A model generated the notes under the pieces. The model saw nothing but the letters and a program-made list of their open reading frames with translations, did no database searches and was not told the DNA's origin. Positions 28,330 through 38,425 of a stretch of DNA of 44,947 nucleotides are shown in pieces. The DNA comes from Gammaproteobacteria bacterium (lineage in GTDB: Bacteria; Pseudomonadota; Gammaproteobacteria; Pseudomonadales; Pseudohongiellaceae): contig DORE01000161.1 of the NCBI GenBank assembly GCA_003514305.1, positions 7,730 to 52,676 on the forward strand, in the 5' to 3' direction. Position numbers and translations under genes: made by a program. The number at the start of each line of letters is the position of its first letter. Position 1 is the stretch's first letter.

Positions 28330-29286
28330 ATGAGTCAAAATATACCAATCACAGAAATTACCGCAGCAGAGACGAAATTTACCGATCCAGAGTTTACCCT
28401 CGATGGCGATACGCGCGCCGCTGTCGATCCACGAGCACTGGAGACCCTCTGGATCAACACCGGCAGCCTCTGCAATCTCACCTGCGAAAACTGTTATATC
28501 GAATCCAGCCCAACCAACGACCGGCTTGCCTACATCAGTCTGAGGGAAGTCTGCCAACTGCTGGACGAAATTGACTCAGAAAAAATGGGCACCCAGGAAA
28601 TTGGCTTCACAGGCGGTGAACCCTTTCTGAATAAGGAGATGGTTCCCATCCTGGAAGCCTGTCTGGCCAGGGGTTTCAAAGTTCTGGTATTGACGAACGG
28701 CATGAACACCCTATTACGTGAAAAAGCCAGATTGGAGACCCTGCACAAGCGATTTACCGGAGCGCTGACTCTGAGAATTTCACTCGACCACTACACGCCG
28801 GATATTCACGCCCTGGAGCGCGGCCATCGTTCCTGGAAACCTGCCATCGAGTCACTCCGGTGGCTGTCCGATGCCGGGATTCCTTTTGCCATTGCGGGTC
28901 GGACCATGTGGGATGAGGATGAAGCCAGCATGAGAGCCGGATTTCGGCAACTTTTTGCCGATGAGAAGATAAATCTGGACGCCGACTGCGCGGAACAGCT
29001 GGTGCTCTTCCCCGAGATGGATGAGTCTGCAGACGTACCCGAAATCACCACTGATTGCTGGGGCATACTCGATCAGGACCCGGCGTCCATGATGTGTGCC
29101 AGTTCTCGCATGGTGGTCAAACACAAGGGCGATGAACATCTCTCAGTACAGGCCTGTACCCTGCTTCCCTATGATCCGCGCTTCAACCTCGGCGCTACGC
29201 TGAGGGCATCTTGGCGAGCCGTAAAGCTCAACCACCCTCACTGCGCAAAATTCTGCGTGCTCGGCGGAGGCAGCTGCTCAACCTGA
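28330..29286 (+). CDS. radical SAM protein with Cys-rich C-terminal domain (ArsS / TIGR04167 / DUF3641-like)
   Basis: 318-aa ORF with the CxxxCxxC cluster in LWINTGSLCNLTCENCYIESSP and FTGGEPFLNKE. The C-terminal Cys-rich part (TDCWG...MMCASSRMVV...VQACTLLPYD...NHPHCAKFCVLGGGSCST) parallels the ArsS-type ending ...HCYGCTAGAGSSCGG as I recall it. Confidence 0.85.
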   Translation: MSQNIPITEITAAETKFTDPEFTLDGDTRAAVDPRALETLWINTGSLCNLTCENCYIESSPTNDRLAYISLREVCQLLDEIDSEKMGTQEIGFTGGEPFLNKEMVPILEACLARGFKVLVLTNGMNTLLREKARLETLHKRFTGALTLRISLDHYTPDIHALERGHRSWKPAIESLRWLSDAGIPFAIAGRTMWDEDEASMRAGFRQLFADEKINLDADCAEQLVLFPEMDESADVPEITTDCWGILDQDPASMMCASSRMVVKHKGDEHLSVQACTLLPYDPRFNLGATLRASWRAVKLNHPHCAKFCVLGGGSCST

Positions 29287-29312
29287 AAGTCAAGGGGGGT
29301 CTGAGGCATGAC

Positions 29313-30014
29313 TCACCCTTTATTCAGATGTAAGCCCCTCTCATAAAGGCGGTTCAGGCGATCCGGCGGCATATGCAGATGATAGGCTATTTTCATCAGC
29401 TGGTTGAGAAGTGCCTGCCTCCACAAACCATTTCGCTTGAACCTGATGGCGGAAGTCCGCGCCTCAGCAGGAAGTCTCACTGGCCGGCCGAACATGAGCA
29501 GCAATTTAGACAGTTCCGTATCTTCAAAGATATCAACGTCAGGGATTTTGATGCCAACCTTTTTGACGGCGCGTGACAGAAAGACACAGTGATCAAGATA
29601 CACAATGCCAGACCAATCACAGCGAACATGGTTGGAGTACCAGGAAGTAAAGCGCAGCAGAGGATGGTCAGAATCGAACTTATGAGTAAAGCCCCCCCAG
29701 GTCAGCTGATCAGCACCGGCAAGTGTTCGCACCGCCTCGATTCCATCCGGTTCGATCACACTACGCGGATGATGCAGCAACAACATTTCACCCTGCGATT
29801 GCTCGATCCCTAAATTCAATCTGGCCGCGCGGGAAGAACCCGGAAGATTCAGAACTTCCACGCCATGCCTGACGATAAATTCAACAGTACCGTCAGTGCT
29901 CCCGCCATCAACCGCGAGGACCTCTGCCTGACCGAGTCTGGCAAGCCGACTCATGATCGGACCCAGATAGCCTGAATCGATCTCGTTAAAGGTGGGAAGA
30001 ATAATGCTGATCAT
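29313..30014 (-). CDS. family-2 glycosyltransferase, TIGR04283-like ('rSAM/selenodomain-associated transferase 2')
   Basis: The ORF is open to 30107; ATG 30014 gives MISIILPTFNE. It continues with EVLAVDGGSTDGT, LLLHHPRS, WGGF, FEDTELS and the C-terminal TSAIRFKRNGLWRQALLNQLMKIAYHLHMPPDRLNRLYE. This matches my memory of the TSARRW..G......N..l...Y..G..P..La..Y tail of that family. Confidence 0.82.
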   Translation of the reverse strand: MISIILPTFNEIDSGYLGPIMSRLARLGQAEVLAVDGGSTDGTVEFIVRHGVEVLNLPGSSRAARLNLGIEQSQGEMLLLHHPRSVIEPDGIEAVRTLAGADQLTWGGFTHKFDSDHPLLRFTSWYSNHVRCDWSGIVYLDHCVFLSRAVKKVGIKIPDVDIFEDTELSKLLLMFGRPVRLPAEARTSAIRFKRNGLWRQALLNQLMKIAYHLHMPPDRLNRLYERGLHLNKG

Positions 30015-30156
30015 GTTGGGCTTGGGCGATGAATCTCCCTGAAAAATGTGATTTGAGTTTAGCCTAGCAGAAGCTGTACAGACATCTTTTTCTGGACAAC
30101 GCGCCACACTGCGTGCGCCTTCCTCAGAGCCAACTCCTCAGGCCGGTGAATACCGT

Positions 30157-30191
30157 AAGAATGAACCAAAGGCGGTGCGGGAGACCGCACC
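30157..30191 (-). terminator. intrinsic terminator-like hairpin downstream of tRNA-Thr
   Basis: The minus strand reads GGTGCGG-TCTC-CCGCACC (7-bp GC-rich stem, 30174-30191), followed by GCCTTTGGTTCATTCTT. It lies 22 nt past the tRNA 3' end. Confidence 0.4.
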
Positions 30192-30213
30192 ATACACAGT
30201 GTAGAAGAGAAAG

Positions 30214-30291
30214 TGGTGCCGCCACCAAGAGTCGAACTCGGGACCTGCTGATTACAAGTCAGCTGCTCTACCACGGCTGAGCTATAGCGGC
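30214..30291 (-). tRNA. tRNA-Thr (anticodon UGU), CCA encoded
   Basis: The minus strand GCCGCTATAGCTCAGCCGTGGTAGAGCAGCTGACTTGTAATCAGCAGGTCCCGAGTTCGACTCTTGGTGGCGGCACCA folds as a cloverleaf. The 7-bp acceptor is GCCGCTA/TGGCGGC, the D stem GCTC/GAGC, the anticodon stem GCTGA/TCAGC with loop CTTGTAA, and the T stem CCGAG/CTTGG with loop TTCGACT. Confidence 0.93.
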
Positions 30292-30468
30292 ACGGATTCG
30301 AGGCACGATCGGATGTGGGATCAGACCTATTCCCGAAGGCAGCGAAGTGTACATAATCCATAACAACGATTCAATATCCCCTGATCCTCTCAGGCTGAAT
30401 GGCTCTGGAGGCTATGATTTTGCTATGCTCCAGACCTCCGACATGCGCTTGCAAGGACAGGACACCGG

Positions 30469-32049
30469 ATGAACAGCCTCAACAACAGCGCGACCTGGCA
30501 GGCGTTGGCTGCCAAAAGCGCAGAATTCAAGACCCCTGATTTTTCACTGAAAGCGCTGTTTGCCGGAAGTGAGCGCTATACCCGTTTTTCTCTGGTGCAC
30601 GGAGAACTGCTGCTCGATTACTCCAAAAACCTGCTGGACGCAGAAGCACTGGCTCTGCTGATCCGCCTCGCAGAGGAACGACAGCTAAAAAAGGCCATTA
30701 ACGCGATGTTCGCTGGCGAAATCATCAATGAGACAGAACAGCGCGCAGCTCATCATGTCGCCTTGCGCTTGCCGGAAGTGCAACAGACCAGCAGCGAAGT
30801 CAGCGAGACTCTCAATAGACTGTCAACCCTAGTTGAAAAAATTCACACCGGCGAATGGACGGGACACACGGGCAAGCAAATCAAAACTGTCGTAAATATC
30901 GGGATTGGAGGCTCTGATCTTGGGCCAGCCATGGTCGTGGAGGCACTTCGGAGCGAATGCTTGTCGGCCTTGAGTGTGCAGTTCGTTTCCAACATCGACC
31001 CCATCCATATGCAGCAAGCGCTGGAGCGAAGTAATCCCGAAACGACGTTATTTATCGTCGCGTCCAAATCATTCACTACCGCTGAAACTCTGGCTAATGC
31101 AAATTACGCCCGCCGGTGGCTGTTGAACTCAGGTTGCGCGACCGACCACCTGAATCGTCATTTTATCGCCGTCTCCAGCAATTTGGCCAGCGCGCTCGCG
31201 TTCGGCATCGCCGAAGAAAATGTTTATCCGATGTGGGACTGGGTAGGCGGCCGCTATTCGCTGTGGTCTGCAATCGGCCTATCGATTGCACTGGCCATCG
31301 GAATGGACAAATTCAGGCAGCTGCTGGCTGGCGCCCACAGCATGGATCAGCACTTCGCCACCGCCGAGTTCACCGACAATATGCCCATAATCATGGGCTT
31401 GCTGAGTGTCTGGTACAGAAGCTTTTTTGATTCAGGCAGTTCTGCCGTCGTTCCCTACTCCCAATCGCTGGAAAAGTTACCGGACTACCTACAGCAACTT
31501 TCAATGGAAAGCCTCGGCAAACGGGTTACTCGGGGCGGGGAATCTTTGCTTGTCGATTCAGGTGCCGTGATCTGGGGTACCCCTGGCACCAATGGTCAGC
31601 ACTCCTACTTTCAGCTGCTGCATCAGGGCACCAGTTTGATACCGGTGGACTTTATCGCAGTGGCGAACAGCAATGCCGATGACGCTGCAGAACAGTATGA
31701 GCAACTTCTGGCAAACTGTCTGGCACAGAGCCTGGCACTGATGGAGGGCCAGAAAAATTCTGCTGAACCCCATCGGAGTTCCCCCGGCTCTCGACCCAGC
31801 AATACGCTGATCATGAAAGAACTGTCTCCCTTTGCCCTGGGGAGCCTGCTCGCTCTGTTTGAGCTTCAGGTCTTTGTCCAAAGCGTCATCTGGGACATCA
31901 ACGCTTTTGACCAGTGGGGTGTTGAGCTAGGCAAAACCCTTGCCACAGAGATGCTGCAGGCCTTTGGCAATGAGGCAGGGAGGAAGGATCTAGACGCCTC
32001 CAGTAAGGGATTGATAGCCCAGCTCAAGCACTGGCAGAGAACAGCTTAA
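30469..32049 (+). CDS. pgi: glucose-6-phosphate isomerase
   Basis: 526-aa ORF with PGI motifs VNIGIGGSDLGP, FIVASKSFTTAET, GGRYSLWSAIG, GTNGQHSYFQL and DQWGVELGK. Confidence 0.95.
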   Translation: MNSLNNSATWQALAAKSAEFKTPDFSLKALFAGSERYTRFSLVHGELLLDYSKNLLDAEALALLIRLAEERQLKKAINAMFAGEIINETEQRAAHHVALRLPEVQQTSSEVSETLNRLSTLVEKIHTGEWTGHTGKQIKTVVNIGIGGSDLGPAMVVEALRSECLSALSVQFVSNIDPIHMQQALERSNPETTLFIVASKSFTTAETLANANYARRWLLNSGCATDHLNRHFIAVSSNLASALAFGIAEENVYPMWDWVGGRYSLWSAIGLSIALAIGMDKFRQLLAGAHSMDQHFATAEFTDNMPIIMGLLSVWYRSFFDSGSSAVVPYSQSLEKLPDYLQQLSMESLGKRVTRGGESLLVDSGAVIWGTPGTNGQHSYFQLLHQGTSLIPVDFIAVANSNADDAAEQYEQLLANCLAQSLALMEGQKNSAEPHRSSPGSRPSNTLIMKELSPFALGSLLALFELQVFVQSVIWDINAFDQWGVELGKTLATEMLQAFGNEAGRKDLDASSKGLIAQLKHWQRTA

Positions 32050-32117
32050 CGAGGAGTAAAAAGCGCCAGCACCGCCGGAGCCATGATCATGGCAAAGAGC
32101 ATCAGTTTATCGCTCAG

Positions 32118-32468
32118 TCAGCCGAGCTTGGCTCCGTTCTTCACCGGCCTCTCCGGCGTGATCAGCACCACCGCGCCATCCTCCTGATAAAAACCCGTTA
32201 CCAGGCATTCAGACATGATCGGACCGATCTGCTTTTTGGGAAAATTGACCACTGCCACCACCTGCCTGCCAAGCAGGTCGTCTGCGTCATACAGATCGGT
32301 GATCTGAGCACTGGATTTCCGCAAACCGATCTCCTCACCAAAATCGATTTGAAGTTTCCAGGCGGGCTTTCTGGCTTCCGGAAATTCACTGACATCGACG
32401 ACTGTGCCGACACGCAGTTCCACCTGTATAAATTCATCCCAAGTAATTTCTTTCATACTGTTTCTCAT
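32118..32468 (-). CDS. csaA: tRNA-binding (EMAP/CsaA-type) domain protein
   Basis: 116-aa ORF with ITWDEFIQVELRVGTVVDVSEFPEARKPAWKLQIDFGEEIGLRKSSAQIT...VVAVVNFPKKQIGP, typical of CsaA/YgjH. Confidence 0.8.
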   Translation of the reverse strand: MRNSMKEITWDEFIQVELRVGTVVDVSEFPEARKPAWKLQIDFGEEIGLRKSSAQITDLYDADDLLGRQVVAVVNFPKKQIGPIMSECLVTGFYQEDGAVVLITPERPVKNGAKLG

Positions 32469-32530
32469 ACGCCCCGGCTAGTTTGCAGAACTTCATCATC
32501 CGTTTGTGCATTCAAAACATTTATAAAGGC

Positions 32531-32720
32531 CTATCGACCACCATTGATAAGCTCAGCGTGGGCTATCACTCTGCGAGAGGCTTCGCCCTCAAACTCATCG
32601 ACCTTGGCCCAGTGCCGGGCGAAAATATCCGAGCGAAAAATTTGCCCGGCCACCACAGCTGCCGTCCAGTGTCGCAAGCTCATGCTCGTTCACTTCGCCC
32701 AGGGCGAGCGTTCCATACAC
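32531..32720 (-). pseudogene. decayed gamma-glutamylcyclotransferase-like (GGCT/AIG2 family) gene remnant
   Basis: In the 287-bp gap between algC and csaA, minus-strand frame 1 from 32720 reads (C)VYGTLALGEVNEHELATLDGS..., carrying the YGTL hallmark. After a frameshift near 32651-32670, a second frame reads WTAAVVAGQIFRSDIFARHWAKVDEFEGEASRRVIAHAELINGGR*, with the LDxFEG catalytic-Glu hallmark. There is no proper start. The remnant appears to be missing an internal segment and is C-terminally short. Confidence 0.35.
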
Positions 32721-32755
32721 ACACAGGCGGGGCGCCCAAGACTGAACGCATTTAC

Positions 32756-34108
32756 TCAGGCACGAATCAGGGCCAATAGCTCATCGGTTTTCAGCTGCAT
32801 GAGCGCCTTGTTTCCTCGCGACTCCACGTTCAACCTGACCAGAGGCTCGGTATTTGACATTCGGATGTTGAAACGCCATTCGGCAAAATCAATCGACAAT
32901 CCATCAGTGTGATCCACTGCGACAGCGCCCGGCGCATAGCGGGCTTCAATCTGTTCCAGCAGCGCCTCGGTATCCTCAACAGTGCTGTTGATTTCTCCGC
33001 TGGCTGGAAAAGCTTCCATGCGTTCATTAACCAGGTGCGATAAGAGTTTGCCCGTAGTCGACATCTGATCAAGAACCAGCAGCCAGGGCACCATCCCGCT
33101 GTCGCAGTAAAAGAAATCGCGGAAGTAGTGGTGAGCACTCATTTCGCCCCCATAGGCGGCATCCTCGCGCCGCATAACCTCCTTGATAAAAGCATGACCG
33201 CATTTGGACAACACTGGCTCTCCGCCCAGGTCCTGCACAGCTTTCAGAGTATTCCAAGTCAGGCGCGGATCATGAACAATTTTCGCATCTGCCTCTCGTT
33301 CCAGAAAGGTCTGAGCCAGCAGACCGACAATATAGTAGCCCTCGATGAACCGGCCATTTTCATCAAAGAAAAAACAGCGATCAAAGTCACCGTCCCAGGC
33401 GATCCCGACGTCTGCCTGATGTTCGGCAATCGCCGCCGCTGTGGAATAGCGGTTTTCCTCAAGCATCGGATTCGGCACGCCATTCGGAAAATGCCCGTCA
33501 GGCTGATGATGCACCTTGATAAGTTCAAACGGCAGATGCGGCTCCAGAAGATCGATAGCGGGCCCGGCGGCGCCATTACCCGCGTTACAGACAATTTTCA
33601 GAGGCTTCAACAGGGTGATATCAACATACGTCAACAAATGCTGAATGTACGCGGATTTGTTATTGATCCTCTCCAGAGCTCCGACCTTTCCAGGCTCGGG
33701 AAATTGGCTTTGTTCTGCGAGCTTTTTGATGTCGAACAGGCCGGTGTCTGCACTAATGGGCCTGCTGTTTTCCCGCACCAGCTTCATGCCATTGTAGTCC
33801 TTGGGGTTGTGGCTGGCCGTTACCACAATCCCGCCATCGGCCTTGAGGTGTGACGTGGCAAAGTAAACTTCTTCAGTGCCACATTGACCGATATTCAGAA
33901 CATCCGTGCCACCGTCCATCAGTCCGCGGCTGACAGCAGTGCCGAGCGCCTCGCTGGTCAGGCGAATGTCGAAGCCGACGACTACCCGTTCGGGTGACAG
34001 AAAGGCAGCAAAAGCCCGGCCAATTCGGTAGGCGATGTCTTCATTCAGCTGATCCGGTACGCGGCCTCGGATATCATACGCTTTGAAACAGGTTAACTCT
34101 GTTGTCAT
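32756..34108 (-). CDS. algC: phosphomannomutase/phosphoglucomutase
   Basis: The ORF is open to 34225; ATG 34108 gives [15 protein letters not shown]. It has [13 protein letters not shown] (phosphoserine loop), [11 protein letters not shown] (Mg site) and [10 protein letters not shown]. Confidence 0.92.
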   Translation of the reverse strand: MTTELTCFKAYDIRGRVPDQLNEDIAYRIGRAFAAFLSPERVVVGFDIRLTSEALGTAVSRGLMDGGTDVLNIGQCGTEEVYFATSHLKADGGIVVTASHNPKDYNGMKLVRENSRPISADTGLFDIKKLAEQSQFPEPGKVGALERINNKSAYIQHLLTYVDITLLKPLKIVCNAGNGAAGPAIDLLEPHLPFELIKVHHQPDGHFPNGVPNPMLEENRYSTAAAIAEHQADVGIAWDGDFDRCFFFDENGRFIEGYYIVGLLAQTFLEREADAKIVHDPRLTWNTLKAVQDLGGEPVLSKCGHAFIKEVMRREDAAYGGEMSAHHYFRDFFYCDSGMVPWLLVLDQMSTTGKLLSHLVNERMEAFPASGEINSTVEDTEALLEQIEARYAPGAVAVDHTDGLSIDFAEWRFNIRMSNTEPLVRLNVESRGNKALMQLKTDELLALIRA

Positions 34109-34127
34109 AGTGCCGCTCGCATTGCTG

Positions 34128-34958
34128 CTACACACCCTGCATTTTGTCAAAAGTGTAATTCGTCGCGTCGATAAACCCGCCAACGCTGCCACAATCAAAG
34201 CGCGTGCCCTGAAATTTATAGCCAATCACGTTACCCAGACGGGCTTGTGTCAGCAAAGCATCCGTAATCTGAATCTCTCCGTTCTTGCCGGGTGGTGTGT
34301 CGTTGAGAATGCCAAAAATCTCCGGAGTCAGCACGTAACGACCGATAATGGCCAGATTACTGGGGGCGTCTTCCGGCGCGGGTTTCTCAACCATGTCGCT
34401 GATGCGAATAATGCCGGGCTCTTCTTCCTCTCCGGCAATCACGCCATATCGGTAGGTCTCTTCCCGAGGTACTTCCTCGATTGCGACAATGCTGCAATCG
34501 AATCGCTGATAGAGCGCAACCATCTGCGACAGCACTCCGGGCCCCTCAGTCACACAATAGTCATCCGCGAGTATGACGGCAAAGGGCTCGTTGCCAATCA
34601 GTCTTCCACCGACTGAAATTGCATGACCGAGCCCCTTCATCTCCACCTGACGCGTGTAGGAGAACGAGCATTGCTTCATCACTGCCCTAGTTTCTTCCAG
34701 CATTGATTCCTTGTCAGAGCCAGCGATCTGATGCTCCAGTTCATAGGAAATATCAAAGTGGTCTTCCAGCGCACGTTTACCGCGGCCTGTAACGATCGCC
34801 ATATCAACGATTCCAGCTTCCATAGCCTCCTCCACCCCGTATTGAATCAGAGGCTTGGTGACAATAGGCAACATTTCCTTCGGCATAGACTTTGTAGCCG
34901 GTAGAAAGCGAGTGCCATAGCCGGCAGCAGGAAACAAACATTTTTTTACAGTTGCCAT
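34128..34958 (-). CDS. galU: UTP--glucose-1-phosphate uridylyltransferase
   Basis: 276-aa ORF with [38 protein letters not shown] and ILADD. Confidence 0.95.
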   Translation of the reverse strand: MATVKKCLFPAAGYGTRFLPATKSMPKEMLPIVTKPLIQYGVEEAMEAGIVDMAIVTGRGKRALEDHFDISYELEHQIAGSDKESMLEETRAVMKQCSFSYTRQVEMKGLGHAISVGGRLIGNEPFAVILADDYCVTEGPGVLSQMVALYQRFDCSIVAIEEVPREETYRYGVIAGEEEEPGIIRISDMVEKPAPEDAPSNLAIIGRYVLTPEIFGILNDTPPGKNGEIQITDALLTQARLGNVIGYKFQGTRFDCGSVGGFIDATNYTFDKMQGV

Positions 34959-35029
34959 AGCAAAATTTTAGCTCTGGTTGGAAGTAGTTAGATCAAGAAA
35001 AAATAGCCTTCAGATTCATAATGATGGCC

Positions 35030-36436
35030 TTAGCGACCATAAACGTCATCAAACCGCTCGATATCATCTTCACCCAGGTAATCACCTAGCTGCACTTCGA
35101 TAAGCTCAACCGTCTCTGACCCAGGATTACGCAAGCGGTGCACGGCGCCTTTGGGTATATAAGTCGACTGATTGGCATGAAGCACAAAGTCTTTACCCGC
35201 ACAGTGGATCTCACCTGCGCCCTTGATAACAGTCCAGTGCTCGCTGCGGTGCACATGCCGCTGAAGGGACAGTGCACCAGTTGGAAGCACTGTAATGTGT
35301 TTAACTTGAAACCCATGGTCGCTAGCCAGAGTCCGGTAACTGCCCCAAGGGCGATGCACCAGAGAAGCTGTTTCGGTAAGCTGGGGAGTTCGTTCTTGTA
35401 ATCGCTCAAAAAGCTGCTTGACCCGCTGCAGCTCATCGCTGCTCGCGACTAAAACTGCATCATCGGTCTCGACTATGGTCACGTTCTCAAGCCCAATCGC
35501 CGCGACCGTGCGCGACGCAGCATGTATATAGCTCTGCCTCGTATCGATCATCTCAACCTGACCCGCAACCACGTTTCCAAAATCATCCTTTTGACTAATA
35601 TCCCACAGAGATTGCCACGAGCCTAGATCGTTCCAACCAGCATCCAGTGGCACCATCGCGGCCCGACTAGTTTTTTCCATTAGGGCGTAATCGATAGATT
35701 CCGAACGACAGGCAGCGAACTCAGTGTCCGGAATTCGCAGAAAATCCAGATCAGGCGCAATTCTGTCAAATGCCAGACGACACTGATGCAGTAAGTCAGG
35801 CGCATAGATCTCCATTTCTTGAAGTAACTCGACCGCTGGAAACAGAAACATCCCACTGTTCCAGTAATACTGGCCACTATTGATATAGGCAGAGGCCGTA
35901 TCGACGTCGGGCTTCTCAACGAACTTTTCAACCCGAAACCCTTTCGCTGAAAGCGGCGACCCCTTTTTAAGGTAACCATAGCCAGTTTCTGGTCGACCTG
36001 GCACTATGCCAAACATCACCATAAACTTTTCAGAGGACAATTCAATCGCAGCGGCAACGGCTTGCTCAAAGGCGGGCACGTTTGTGATCTTATGGTCTGC
36101 AGCGAGGACCAGTATTTGTGCATCTTTATCCTCAGCTACAGCGGCAAGGGCAGCCATGGTTACAGCTGGCGCCGTATTTCGGCCAACAGGCTCGAGCAGA
36201 ATCTCACTACACTCGACTTCCTGCTGACGTAACTGCTCAGCGATCAGAAAACGATGCTCGCTGTTGCCCATCACGCGGATTGTCCCAAGCCCGGGCAGGC
36301 AGCCCAATCGCAAAAGAGTCTCTTGAAAAGGCGATTTTGAGCCATCCAATTCAATAAACTGCTTGGGCATGGCGGCACGGCTAAGTGGCCACAAGCGCGC
36401 ACCGACGCCTCCAGCAAGAATAACGGGATGCAACAT
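35030..36436 (-). CDS. manC: bifunctional mannose-1-phosphate guanylyltransferase / mannose-6-phosphate isomerase (type II PMI-GMP)
   Basis: 468-aa ORF with [16 protein letters not shown], the N-terminal nucleotidyltransferase domain, and a C-terminal cupin with [21 protein letters not shown] and [13 protein letters not shown]. Confidence 0.93.
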   Translation of the reverse strand: MLHPVILAGGVGARLWPLSRAAMPKQFIELDGSKSPFQETLLRLGCLPGLGTIRVMGNSEHRFLIAEQLRQQEVECSEILLEPVGRNTAPAVTMAALAAVAEDKDAQILVLAADHKITNVPAFEQAVAAAIELSSEKFMVMFGIVPGRPETGYGYLKKGSPLSAKGFRVEKFVEKPDVDTASAYINSGQYYWNSGMFLFPAVELLQEMEIYAPDLLHQCRLAFDRIAPDLDFLRIPDTEFAACRSESIDYALMEKTSRAAMVPLDAGWNDLGSWQSLWDISQKDDFGNVVAGQVEMIDTRQSYIHAASRTVAAIGLENVTIVETDDAVLVASSDELQRVKQLFERLQERTPQLTETASLVHRPWGSYRTLASDHGFQVKHITVLPTGALSLQRHVHRSEHWTVIKGAGEIHCAGKDFVLHANQSTYIPKGAVHRLRNPGSETVELIEVQLGDYLGEDDIERFDDVYGR

Positions 36437-36520
36437 ACAAACAACCTTAGTTATATAGCCTTCAGTGTATCAAATTATTACGGACAGTACCGAGGCAGCG
36501 AGATCAACAGACATAAAGGG

Positions 36521-36545
36521 TCAACACCGATGAATTTGGTGTCGA
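36521..36545. promoter_or_regulatory. imperfect palindrome in the manC/fabA divergent promoter region (candidate operator)
   Basis: TCAACACC-N9-GGTGTCGA, with 7 of 8 arm positions complementary, lies 66-90 nt upstream of the fabA ATG. Its function is inferred only from position. Confidence 0.18.
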
Positions 36546-36610
36546 TTATTTTATGGTGGCGTTATAACATATTTTGTGTGACTCGCGTCGTATTAACGTC
36601 AGGTTCAGCC

Positions 36611-37147
36611 ATGCCCGCCAGCAACGAGTTCTTCAGACCAAAAAACAGCTACAATCTTGATGAGCTTGTCGATTGTGGCTACGGGAAACTATTTGGTCCA
36701 GGCAACGCCAAGCTGCCGATCGACAACATGTTGATGTTGGACCGCATTACCGAGATTTCCGCCGACGGTGGCGAATATGGCCGCGGCAAGCTTGTTGCGG
36801 AGTTAGATATCCACCCTGACCTCTGGTTTTTTTCTTGCCACTTTCCCGGCGATCCGGTTATGCCTGGATGCCTCGGTCTGGACGCCCTTTGGCAGCTGGT
36901 TGGGTTCTTTCTCGGCTGGAGCGGATTCCCCGGCAAGGGCCGCGCGTTGGGTTCAGGAGAAGTGAAATTCATCGGAGAAGTTCTACCAAACGCTCAGAGA
37001 GTGGTCTACGAGCTGGATATCAGCCGTGTCATCGACCGGAAGCTGGTAATGGGTATAGCTGATGGGACGGTGGCGGTTGACGGCAAAGTCATTTACACCA
37101 CCAAATCACTAAAAGTCGGCCTGTTCACTCCAGGAAATAAATTCTAG
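36611..37147 (+). CDS. fabA: 3-hydroxydecanoyl-ACP dehydratase / trans-2-decenoyl-ACP isomerase
   Basis: The ORF is open from 36428, overlapping the manC start, so ATG 36611 is used. It reads ...[33 protein letters not shown]...[29 protein letters not shown], containing the FabA active-site His and Asp context. Confidence 0.95.
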   Translation: MPASNEFFRPKNSYNLDELVDCGYGKLFGPGNAKLPIDNMLMLDRITEISADGGEYGRGKLVAELDIHPDLWFFSCHFPGDPVMPGCLGLDALWQLVGFFLGWSGFPGKGRALGSGEVKFIGEVLPNAQRVVYELDISRVIDRKLVMGIADGTVAVDGKVIYTTKSLKVGLFTPGNKF

Positions 37148-37168
37148 TTAAGCACATCGGACTCTAAT

Positions 37169-38386
37169 ATGAGGCGCGCAGTCATTACCGGAGCAGGAAT
37201 CGTCTCCTGCCTCGGAAACAACATTGAAGAAGTACGCAGCGCTCTCAAAGAAGGGTGCAGCGGCATCCGTTTTAACCAGTCCTACGCCGACATTGGAATG
37301 CGTAGCCGGATCAGCGGCACCGTACAACTGAACACAGAAGAGCTGATCGATCGTAAACTATATCGGTTTATGGGGGAGGCCTCTGCCTACGCCTATCTGT
37401 CGATGGATGAAGCCATCAGAGACGCCGGGCTTGAACTAAACGAAATTTCCAACGAAAAAATTGGTCTGGTTGTCGGCTCCGGCGGCGGCTCTCCCGAAGA
37501 TCAGCTTGAATCAACAGATATTCTCAGAGAGAAGGGCCTCAGGCGTGTTGGCCCCTACCGCATACCGCGGACCATGAGCAGCTCAGTTTCTGCATGTCTT
37601 GCAACACCTTTCAAAATTAAGGGGGTTAACTACTCAATTTCATCTGCGTGCGCGACCAGTGCCCACTGCATTGGACATGCCGCCGAACTCATTCAACTGG
37701 GTAAACAAGACATGGTATTTGCCGGCGGTGGTGAGTCGGAGCACTGGACAATGTCTCATATGTTTGATGCGATGGGGGCATTGTCGAGCAAATATAACGA
37801 GACGCCACAGGAGGCTTCTCGCGCCTTTGATGCCGACCGCGACGGCTTCGTTATTGCCGGTGGAGGGGGTATTGTTGTCGTTGAGGAACTCGAGCACGCT
37901 CTGGCAAGAGGTGCGAAAATTTACGCTGAAATCAGCGGATACGCTGCTACATCAGACGGGTACGATATGGTTGCGCCATCTGGAGAAGGAGGCGCTCGCG
38001 CGATGCGTATGGCCATAAACGGATTGGCCGGAAAGGTGGATTACCTCAACGCGCACGGGACAAGCACCCCGGCCGGTGACATATCGGAGCTCAATGCCAT
38101 CAGGGAAGTATTTGGTGATCAGGCTCCTGTCATCAATTCAACCAAATCGTTGACCGGTCACTCCCTCGGTGCAGCAGGATCCCAGGAGGCCATTTATTCC
38201 CTAATCATGATGCAGGACAATTTCATCGCGGCCTCGGCAAACATCGAAAACCTCGAAGAGGCGGCTTCAGGCCTACCGATCGCGGTTGAGAAGCAGGAGA
38301 ACGTCAAGCTTAACCGGGTCATGTCGAACAGCTTTGGCTTTGGCGGCACAAATGCGTGCCTCGTTTTCGACCGCTATCAGGCTTGA
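37169..38386 (+). CDS. fabB: beta-ketoacyl-ACP synthase I
   Basis: 405-aa ORF with [13 protein letters not shown], the active-site Cys in [37 protein letters not shown] and NSFGFGGTN. It sits immediately after fabA, as in the canonical fabAB operon. Confidence 0.95.
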   Translation: MRRAVITGAGIVSCLGNNIEEVRSALKEGCSGIRFNQSYADIGMRSRISGTVQLNTEELIDRKLYRFMGEASAYAYLSMDEAIRDAGLELNEISNEKIGLVVGSGGGSPEDQLESTDILREKGLRRVGPYRIPRTMSSSVSACLATPFKIKGVNYSISSACATSAHCIGHAAELIQLGKQDMVFAGGGESEHWTMSHMFDAMGALSSKYNETPQEASRAFDADRDGFVIAGGGGIVVVEELEHALARGAKIYAEISGYAATSDGYDMVAPSGEGGARAMRMAINGLAGKVDYLNAHGTSTPAGDISELNAIREVFGDQAPVINSTKSLTGHSLGAAGSQEAIYSLIMMQDNFIAASANIENLEEAASGLPIAVEKQENVKLNRVMSNSFGFGGTNACLVFDRYQA

Positions 38387-38425
38387 GCCAAACCTTGATC
38401 TGAACCTTTGGCAGGTAAATAACGC

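Noticed and set aside
27070-30291. tRNA-Thr-associated genomic island carrying the rSAM/GT2/SAICAR-like genes
   Set aside because: There is no integrase, no direct repeat of the tRNA 3' end that I could find at the distal side (around 27014-27069), and no obvious compositional break. Proximity to the tRNA alone is not evidence of mobility.
32086-32099. 14-nt perfect palindrome GCCATGATCATGGC between pgi and csaA as a bidirectional terminator
   Set aside because: It has no loop and no flanking T/A runs, so it is too weak to call.
32349-32912. 187-aa plus-strand ORF spanning the csaA-algC gap
   Set aside because: It is antisense to csaA at one end and to algC at the other. The central part is better explained by the minus-strand GGCT-like relic.
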